A stretch of DNA of 63,970 nt, the filler included, from an uncultured Gemmatimonadota bacterium (GTDB lineage Bacteria; Blakebacterota; Blakebacteria; Blakebacterales; Blakebacteraceae): assembly GCA_964576115.1 (NCBI GenBank). It is 3 parts of 3 records of this genome, joined end to end, with 100 filler letters (N's around TTAATTAATTAA, not from the genome) between each part and the next. Parts side by side here need not be neighbours in the genome. Positions count along the whole stretch, not along the records: positions 30,490 to 60,775 come from CAZNUA010000042.1; positions 60,876 to 63,970 come from CAZNUA010000120.1; 1 more part is not named here. One strand, 5' to 3'. The notes below the pieces were generated by a model. The model was given only the letters and a program-made list of their open reading frames with translations. It was not told the DNA's origin and searched no databases. A program made the translations under genes and the position numbers. Positions 57,002 to 63,970 of this stretch are shown piece after piece (position 1 is the stretch's first letter; each line of letters begins with the position of its first letter).

Positions 57002-59364
57002 CTACTTCTCCCCCCGCGGCGGAATGTTCAGCAGCTCGCGCAACGCCGCCCGGGCCCGTGCGTGATCGCTCCGGCCGAGCAGCTGAACGGCGTGACGCCG
57101 GACATCGGAATCGGCATCGGCCCGCGCGGCGGTGATGACCGTATCGAGGCTGTTCTCCTCGTTGATCCGCCAGAGGTAATCGAGAGCCCGGCGACGCAGG
57201 CCGGCATCCTCGGAGCTGGTGTAGACGTTGACCAGCGCATCCCAGCCGGCTCCCCCCTCAAGGTCACCGAGCGCCGACACGGCCCCGCGCCGCAGCTCCT
57301 CTTCGGAATCGTTCAGGGCGATCTGCTCGAGCGTCGGGGCCGCTTCGGCGCCCCAGGCACGCAGTTCCGAGATCGCTTTGGCTCGCAGGCGCGCGGCGTC
57401 CGAGCNNNNNNNNNNNNNNNNNNNNNNNNNNNNNNNNNNNNNNNNNNNNNNNNNNNNNNNNNNNNNNNNNNNNNNNNNNNNNNNNNNNNNNNNNNNNNNN
57501 NNNNNCCCCAGGCACGCAGTTCCGAGATCGCTTTGGCTCGCAGGCGCGCGGCGTCCGAGCCGGTCGCCACACCCCGCAGAGCCGTGAAGCTCTCGGAGGT
57601 GCGGCGATTGCCCAGTTCGTCGAGAGCTTCGAGCCGCACCCGTTCCGGAGCGTCTGAGCGGGCAACGGCGATCAGCGCCTCGGTCGCTCGACTCCCCTCG
57701 AAATCGCCGATCTCATCGACGGCTTCGGTCCGCACCGCTTCCGAATACCCACCCCCGGCGATTTCGATCAGGGTACTGAGAGCTTCGGGGCCCTCGATCG
57801 AACCGATGTACTCCACCGCAGCCCTCTGCAGACTCTCATCCGCAGAAGCCCGGATCTGATCCCGCAGCAGCGGAATGTTGGCCGGGTCGTCGGTGTCGGC
57901 CACCGCCGAGAGAACCGCGCGCTTGACGGTTCCGTCGGTCACCCGTTCGAGCAGGCGACGCAGGTGGGGCAGAGCAATGTCGTCCGAGAAGTCTTCGAGT
58001 TCGCCGATCGCCACCCGGCGCACATCGGTATCGGCGTCATTTTCCGCAATCCGGGCCAGGAAGGCGGCCGCCTCGGCGGCGAACTCGGCCCGGCGGTACT
58101 GCCCTGCGGCATCGGCGATATAGCGCCGGGCGTTCACACTCTGCTCGTCGGGGTACAGACGGGTCAGAGCGGTAAAGCCGGCCCGATCCGAGCGCGATCC
58201 CAGACCGCCGATCGCCCGGCGCCGGACCGCCGGATCGGCATGCCGGCGGGCGGTTGTCTCGAGCAGCTGCACCGCCCGGGAATCCTCGAGACGCCGCAGC
58301 ATGTCGATCGCCTCGCGCTTCAGGCGCGAGGAGGCCGAACCATCGGCGAGCACGCCCTCGATCAGCCCAACGGCGTCCTCACCCTCCTGCTGGACCAGGG
58401 CGTTCAGGGCGTAGAGGCGGATTTCATCCTCCTCATCGCCGCGGGCTTCTTCGATGTACTGCCGGTACTGCTCCATTCCCTGCTGGTAGAGGCGACCGGC
58501 CAGGCGCACCATGTTGGCCCGGGCGTGTTCCACGAAGGGACTTTCGGCGTACGTCCGGACGAATTCCTGGTACGCCTGGAAAGCCTCCTCGTAGTGTCCC
58601 CGCATCTGTTCCAGGGCATAGCCGGCCCAGAAGGCGGCGTCATCGACATACGTCGAGCGGGCGAACTGCTCGACGACCTGCCGGAAGACCTCGAGAGCCT
58701 CCTGGTACTTTTCGTCGAAGAGCAGGTTCTTGGCTTCGTTGAAACGCTCGATTCCGGGATCCTGCGGGTCCTGCCAGGTCATTTCGAGCAGGGTCAGCAG
58801 CCCCCCGCTGCGCCCGTAGCTGAAGCTGCTCAGATCGACGGCGTATTCATTATCAAAGTCGTAGCTGAAGTCGTAGTCCCAGTCGTAATCCCAGTCGTAA
58901 TCCCAGTCGTAATCCCAGTCGTAATCGAAATCGAAGTCGATATCAGACGTCGTGATCTTGATATCCTGGATCGCCTCGGCGACCTCGAGCGCCTGCAGTT
59001 CCAGATCCATCAGATCGATCTGGTGCGCGAGTAGATCCCATTCGATCTCGGGCAACTCGGGCAGCTCGGGCATCTCGAACGTCAGCTCCAGAGCCATCCT
59101 GTCGATCTGGTGCGCGAGCAGATCCCATTCGATCTCGGGCAACTCGGGGATCGGCGGCAGCTCGAGCGTCTGCAGCCTCAGCTCCAACAGATCGAGATCG
59201 GGGATCGGCGGCAGGGGCGGGATCGGCGGTTCCTGGGGGATGTCGGCGAGGTCGGCTGCAACACATGCCGCCGGGGCAACATCGGCTGCCCCGGAAACCG
59301 CAGTCGCCGGGCTGTTCAGAGAAGCCAGGGCAAGTCCCCCGACCATCCAGATAAGTGCCTTCAT
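57002..59364 (-). CDS. Exported protein: low-complexity N-terminus, BamD-like TPR, then HEAT repeats (735 aa once the false gap is closed)
   Basis: 57351-57405 = 57506-57560; removing 155 bp gives one frame ...ELRAWGAEAAPTLEQIA...; DDAAFWAGYALE TPR; many VR..A...LG HEAT units. Confidence 0.85.
58871..58942 (-). repeat. 12-bp coding tandem repeat (DYDW)n inside an Asp-aromatic tract
   Basis: TCGTA(A/G)TCCCAG x4, flanked by degenerate 6-bp units. Confidence 0.9.
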
Positions 59365-59388
59365 CGTTGCTCTTCTCCTCCGGCGGTC

Positions 59389-60153
59389 TCAATCGCCGCC
59401 GATGGCGGGTTCGTAGATCGAAAGGCGATAAATGAGGGACCGGTCGGTGATGCCTCCCTGCAGCATCGCTACCTGCCGGGCATCGGCGGGTCCATCCCCG
59501 GTACTCAGATCGAGCAGGATGACTTCGAGATCGTGAATCAGCTCCAGGATCTCGGCCCGGTTGTCACTCTCGGCCCGGGTCTGCAGGATCCGGTACTCCG
59601 AGATGAGATTCCGGCTCAGGGCCCGTTCGGCCGTGAGGTCATAGGCTCCGCTGGAATCGGGATGGGCGGTCGAGAGAGCGAGCAGCAGAGTCCGCGTGCG
59701 CGTCAGCAGACTGACGATCTCCTGTTCGGCATCCGCGACTTCGACGATCCGGGATCCGGACTCGGCCCGCCGGCCGGCGGTATCGGTCAGAGAATCCCGG
59801 CCTACGCGTCCGGTCAGAGTGACGATCCCGGTGACGATGATCATCAGCACAGCCGCAGCTGCGACGGGAACGGGCACTCTGAATTCGCCATGCCGCAGCC
59901 ACTCTCCCAGACGTCTCAGTGGTGTCGGGCCGGCCTCACCTGCCAGCCGCTGCCGCAGGCGGGACTCGAGATCGGCGGGGTAGCAGGCCTCGAGTGTTTC
60001 GTGCAGGGCCTGACCCAGCACCGCATCGACATCGAGTGCGTGACGGCACTCCTCACAGCTCTCGAGATGTGATTCGAAGAGTTCCCGTGTCTCGGGATCG
60101 AGTTCGCCGTCCTGGTAGCGGGTGCGCATCTCTGCCCAGCGCTCGTGGGTCAT
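59389..60153 (-). CDS. zf-HC2 transmembrane anti-sigma factor
   Basis: YQDGEL...HLESCEEC zinc-binding motif, one TM helix, periplasmic helical tail. Confidence 0.9.
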   Translation of the reverse strand: MTHERWAEMRTRYQDGELDPETRELFESHLESCEECRHALDVDAVLGQALHETLEACYPADLESRLRQRLAGEAGPTPLRRLGEWLRHGEFRVPVPVAAAAVLMIIVTGIVTLTGRVGRDSLTDTAGRRAESGSRIVEVADAEQEIVSLLTRTRTLLLALSTAHPDSSGAYDLTAERALSRNLISEYRILQTRAESDNRAEILELIHDLEVILLDLSTGDGPADARQVAMLQGGITDRSLIYRLSIYEPAIGGD

Positions 60154-60731
60154 CGCGTTCCGGTCCTCTCCAGGTGCGGGGCCAGCTCTGAACGCAGCTG
60201 CTGCCGCGCCTGGTGGATGTCCTGTTTGACGTTGGCGAGAGAACGACCGGTCACGGTGCAGATCTCGCGGTAGCTGAGTTCGCTGTATTCCCGGAGCACC
60301 AGGGCTTCGCGTTGAGCCCCCTCTAGACGCTGTATGGCTCCGAAAACGAGCTCTCTCACAGAATCTCCGCTCACACCCGTACCGGGTGTCTCTCCCGCTA
60401 CCGGAACAGCCGGGGAAGCAGTATCCATCGACTCGAGACCCACCTGGCGGGGGTTGCTCTTGAGGGCATCGAGCGCCGCATGACGAGCCACGGTATGCAG
60501 CCAGCTCGCGAACGACGCCGTCGGCCGCCAGGCCTCGGGTCGCCGGGCCAGTTTGATGAACACTTTCTGGGTGACGTCGTCGGCCATATCGGGATCCTTT
60601 ACCAGTCCCAGGACGTATCCGAACAGGCGTCTGCTGTAGCGTCTGAAGATCTGTGTGAAAGCATCCTCATCACCTTTCCGGTAGCGCTCCAGCAGCCGCG
60701 CGTCACTCGTGCCGATTCCGGTCTCGTTCAT
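60150..60731 (-). CDS. ECF (group 4) sigma-70 factor
   Basis: GDEDAF, ADDVTQKVF, FASWLHTVARH, REALVLREYSELSYREI; ATGA overlap with the anti-sigma gene. Confidence 0.93.
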   Translation of the reverse strand: MNETGIGTSDARLLERYRKGDEDAFTQIFRRYSRRLFGYVLGLVKDPDMADDVTQKVFIKLARRPEAWRPTASFASWLHTVARHAALDALKSNPRQVGLESMDTASPAVPVAGETPGTGVSGDSVRELVFGAIQRLEGAQREALVLREYSELSYREICTVTGRSLANVKQDIHQARQQLRSELAPHLERTGTR

Positions 60732-60744
60732 CCCCCTGCCTGTG

Positions 60745-60771
60745 CAACGATATGAAGTGAGAGTTGGTTAG
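60745..60771 (-). promoter_or_regulatory. Candidate ECF autoregulatory promoter
   Basis: Minus strand CTAAC-N17-CGTTG just upstream of the sigma start, matching the AAC/CGT ECF pattern. Confidence 0.4.
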
Positions 60772-60775
60772 TGAG

Positions 60776-60875
60776 NNNNNNNNNNNNNNNNNNNNNNNNN
60801 NNNNNNNNNNNNNNNNNNNTTAATTAATTAANNNNNNNNNNNNNNNNNNNNNNNNNNNNNNNNNNNNNNNNNNNN
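60776..60875. other. Artificial contig linker
   Basis: N44-TTAATTAATTAA-N44. Confidence 0.95.
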
Positions 60876-61195
60876 AGAACACGCGTGATCGCTCCGACCA
60901 CGGTGTCCCAATTCTCGGTCTCCTCGCCGAGCTGGCGCCGGCCGGCCGGTGTCAGCTCATAGTATTTCGCCCGCCGGTTGTTCTCCGACTCTCCCCAGGT
61001 GCCCCGGATGTAGCCGTCCTGCTCGAGCCGGTGCAGGGCGGGAAAAAGCGAACCCGGTTTGACCTGGAAAACCCCGTTGGTGATCTGGTCGATCCGGTTC
61101 GAGATCCCGAGCCCGTGCAGGGGCTGCAGGGTCAGGGTTTTGAGGATGAGCAGGTCGAGAGTGCCCCGAAGCAGGTCAGCCTTGCGTCTGGTCAT
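60876..61195 (-). CDS. PadR-family regulator (ADOP-associated type), last codons cut by the contig end
   Basis: LLRGTLDLLILKTL...LHGLGI...PGSLFPALHRLE...WGESENNRRAKYY. Confidence 0.94.
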
Positions 61196-61217
61196 TGCAT
61201 CGCTCCTTCATCCGCTG

Positions 61218-63854
61218 CTATTCGGTCCGCAGGGTTTTAACCGGGTCCGTCCGGATCGCGCGACGGGCTGGCAACGCGCTCGCCAGCAGAGCAACAACTC
61301 CCAGAACGAGAGCGGCTCCGGCGTAACTGAGGATGTTCCATGGTCCGGTTTCGAACAGAAACTGCTTGATGATCATGGCGGCAGGGCAGGCAGCGAGGAT
61401 TCCGATGATCAACCCCACGCCGGCCAGAGTGACTCCGCTCCTGATGATCATGACGGAAAGCGCCCGGGGAGTCGCCCCCAGAGCCATGCGAATACCCAGT
61501 TCCCGGCGTCTCCGGTTCACCTGGTACGAAAGCCCGCCATAGAGCCCGATCATGGTCAGCAGGACACAGGCGAGAGCCAGCACTCCGAGAGTGCAGAGGA
61601 TGATGTTGAGGTCGGCGAATTCCCGACCACAGATTGATTCGAAGGACTCCGGATCGGTAAACAGGGCTTTCGCATTCAGGCCGCGTATCGTGCTGCGAAC
61701 GGGTTCGGCCAGAGCCGGGGGCGGGCCATCGGTCCTGAGGGCCAGCCGCAGTCGTGGACCCGGCCAGATGGTATACGGGACATAGATCGCCAGGCTTGGT
61801 TCGGCCCGTAGATCCTGCAGGTGAGCATCACGGACCAGGCCGACGATCCTCAGCCCTGTCCGGCTTCCTCCGAGCAGGATGATGCGTCCGATCGGATCCT
61901 CACCGGGCCAGAACCGTTCAGCCAGCGTCTCGTTGACCACCGCAGCCGAGAGCGAGTCGAAGGCATCGGCGGTCGCGATATCGCGCCCGGCCAGCAGTGG
62001 CATGCCCATGGCCTCGAAGTACCCGGGCAGAATCATGCGGGTCAGGGCACTGGTGATCTCAGCGGAGGATGCCGGTGGGGGGCGATCGGCCGGCCAGACC
62101 CCCCAGTCCCCCCATCGATCGGCAAGCGGCAGTTTGTCGATCACACCTGCCGAAACGACTCCCGGCAGAGCCTCGATCTCGTCGAGCAGATCGGCGAAGA
62201 ACTGCCAGCGACTCGAAGCGGAGGGATAGTCTTCGGGAGGGATCTGGACCGTGGCAGTGAGCAGATTGCGTGTCTCGAAGCCGGGATCGACTCTGACCAT
62301 CCGGAGCATGCTCTGAAAAAGCAGTCCCGTCAGAACGAGCAGGACGAGAGATACAGCCGTCTGGAGAACTGTCAGGACGTTCCGGGTTCGCGTGCCGCGT
62401 AATCCCGTCGATGAGCGACTGCCGTGCAGGAGATGGTGGCCGGGACTGATCCCGGTGCCCTGCAGAGCCGGGGTGAGACCGACGAGAATTCCGCAGAGGA
62501 CTGTCAGCAGGAAGGTGAAGAAAAAGATCCCCCCATCGATCCGCGGCAGACCGATACCCAGTTGATCCATGTGCAGCAGACCGATCAGCATGTCGAGACC
62601 GACAGAGGCCAGCCCGACACCGATGACGCCGGCCACGAGAGTCAGCAGCATGCTCTCGGTCAGAAGCTGTCGCACCAGACGGGCCCGTGAGGCGCCGAGC
62701 GCCGAGCGCACGGCGATTCCCGGGGAACGGGTCTGGGCGCGGGCCAGCAACAGACCGGCGACATTGCTGCAGACGATCAGGAGGAAGAGCACCGTGGTAG
62801 CCATGAAGAGCAGGGTTGTCGGTCGCAGATCGGCAGCCAGGTAGTCATGCAGGGGCTGAATTCTCAGAGCCTTATCGGCATTCGAATCCGGATATTCCTG
62901 TTCGAGAGCACGGGCGACAGCATCGCACTCCTGGCCGGCCCGTTCGAGCGAGGTACCGGCGTGCAGGCGTCCGAGGAGCCGGAAGTTATGCTGATCGCGT
63001 TGCAGGGCTGAGTCCTCTCCGAGCCTGAAGGGTGTCCAGAGATCAGCGTCATTCAGGAGCCTGAAGCCCGGCGGCATGACTCCGATGACGGTTCTCAATT
63101 CACCGTCGATCTCCAGGTCTCTGTCGATGACAGCCGGATCTGATGCACAGGCGCGCGACCAGAAGGCATGACTGATGATCACAGGTTGTGCCGCGCCTGA
63201 TTCATCTTCAGCCCGGAAATCGCGACCCAGTATCGGTTGCACACCCAGAGCGGAAAAGAGATTCCAGGACGTGTAGGTCAGCTCGGCGGCCAGGGGGGTT
63301 CCGGCCTCCACGACTATGGTCAACTCGGTTGATGAACCCACCGCCGCCAGATCGGCGCACTCGGCCAGCCGCTCCCGGAAATCCACGAAATCGTGGGCGG
63401 ACACGGTTCCCAGTGAGGTCGGTCTGGTCCGATAGTACTTCTGCCCCAGAATCAGGCGGTCAGGCTGCGGAAAGGGCAACCGACCCGACAACACTGTCTG
63501 AACCGTACTGAAAACAGCCGTTGTCGCTCCGATACCCAGGCTCAGGATAACGACCGCCACAGCAGTCAGACCGAAGGCGCGTCGCAGGCTGCGTCCGGCG
63601 TAGCGAATATCCCGCCCCATGACCTCGAGCTGGAATCCGATCCGGCCCTGCCTGACCCGCTCCTTCACCTGTTCCACCCCTCCGAGTTCCCTCCGGGCAG
63701 CATACCGCGCCTGTTCCGGATCCATGCCGGACGCGACTTTCTCCCGTACGACCAGATCGAAATAACTCTGTAATTCCTCGTCGAGATCCCGCTCGAGCTC
63801 CCCTCTGGCGAACAGCGAGCGGAAGAAGCTGTGGACACGCGGCAGGATTGGCAT
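61218..63854 (-). CDS. ADOP-family duplicated orphan ABC transporter permease
   Basis: ERDLDEEL...ARRELGGVEQVKE prefix domain, LGIGATTAVFS, ELGIRMALGA, PARRAIRTDPVKTLRTE. Confidence 0.95.
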   Translation of the reverse strand: MPILPRVHSFFRSLFARGELERDLDEELQSYFDLVVREKVASGMDPEQARYAARRELGGVEQVKERVRQGRIGFQLEVMGRDIRYAGRSLRRAFGLTAVAVVILSLGIGATTAVFSTVQTVLSGRLPFPQPDRLILGQKYYRTRPTSLGTVSAHDFVDFRERLAECADLAAVGSSTELTIVVEAGTPLAAELTYTSWNLFSALGVQPILGRDFRAEDESGAAQPVIISHAFWSRACASDPAVIDRDLEIDGELRTVIGVMPPGFRLLNDADLWTPFRLGEDSALQRDQHNFRLLGRLHAGTSLERAGQECDAVARALEQEYPDSNADKALRIQPLHDYLAADLRPTTLLFMATTVLFLLIVCSNVAGLLLARAQTRSPGIAVRSALGASRARLVRQLLTESMLLTLVAGVIGVGLASVGLDMLIGLLHMDQLGIGLPRIDGGIFFFTFLLTVLCGILVGLTPALQGTGISPGHHLLHGSRSSTGLRGTRTRNVLTVLQTAVSLVLLVLTGLLFQSMLRMVRVDPGFETRNLLTATVQIPPEDYPSASSRWQFFADLLDEIEALPGVVSAGVIDKLPLADRWGDWGVWPADRPPPASSAEITSALTRMILPGYFEAMGMPLLAGRDIATADAFDSLSAAVVNETLAERFWPGEDPIGRIILLGGSRTGLRIVGLVRDAHLQDLRAEPSLAIYVPYTIWPGPRLRLALRTDGPPPALAEPVRSTIRGLNAKALFTDPESFESICGREFADLNIILCTLGVLALACVLLTMIGLYGGLSYQVNRRRRELGIRMALGATPRALSVMIIRSGVTLAGVGLIIGILAACPAAMIIKQFLFETGPWNILSYAGAALVLGVVALLASALPARRAIRTDPVKTLRTE

Positions 63855-63882
63855 GCAGTCCTTTCCGGGCAGGGCCCGCGTA

Positions 63883-63924
63883 CATATAGAGTTCCTATAT
63901 GAACTCCTACAGAGTTTCTATACG
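63883..63924. promoter_or_regulatory. Tandem palindromic boxes upstream of ADOP-padR, probable PadR operators
   Basis: CATATAG-AGTTC-CTATATG (63883-63901) and a second similar box CTACAG-AGTTT-CTATAC 23 bp further on. Confidence 0.6.
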
Positions 63925-63970
63925 AAGCAGGAGAGAAATGGTTGCACCGCCATCCGGGTCATCCGATACC

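Noticed and set aside
60731-61195. Functional link between the ECF operon and the neighbouring padR-ADOP
   Set aside because: They are separated by an artificial linker. The same applies to the accessory region appearing to sit at the tRNA-Gln 3' end across 30390-30489.

Overview
High-GC bacterial sequence from a diderm (lspA, lipoproteins, TolB-like proteins). The ADOP/PadR expansion suggests an Acidobacteriota/Gemmatimonadota-like organism; that placement is inference only. The window is three assembly pieces joined by artificial N44-TTAATTAATTAA-N44 linkers (30390-30489, 60776-60875), so adjacency across the linkers means nothing. Piece 1 (1-30389) is an accessory region: five duplicated-domain orphan ABC permeases (ADOP), three PadR regulators, typA, exported hydrolases and beta-propeller lipoproteins, two TetR units with visible operators, and many short gene remnants (IS91- and IS4-family transposases, ADOP, PadR, TolB-like, serine hydrolase, AAA+ ATPase). 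It also holds two unexplained non-coding structures: four same-orientation copies of a ~35-50 bp motif, each upstream of a minus-strand gene or gene remnant, and a strictly 20-bp-period array upstream of one ADOP gene. Piece 2 (30490-60775) is core genome. It runs polA-tsaB-accD-folC-ABC ATPase-glmS-LpoA-like-larE-gmhA-ispE-spoVG-tRNA-Gln, then a VPS10/BNR protein with a lipoprotein, then yggT-divIVA-ileS(GVHH)-dksA-like-lspA-rluD, and ends with an ECF sigma / zinc-finger anti-sigma / two exported HEAT-repeat protein operon. Piece 3 (60876-63970) is another ADOP-PadR pair. No CRISPR array, rRNA or intact mobile element was seen.
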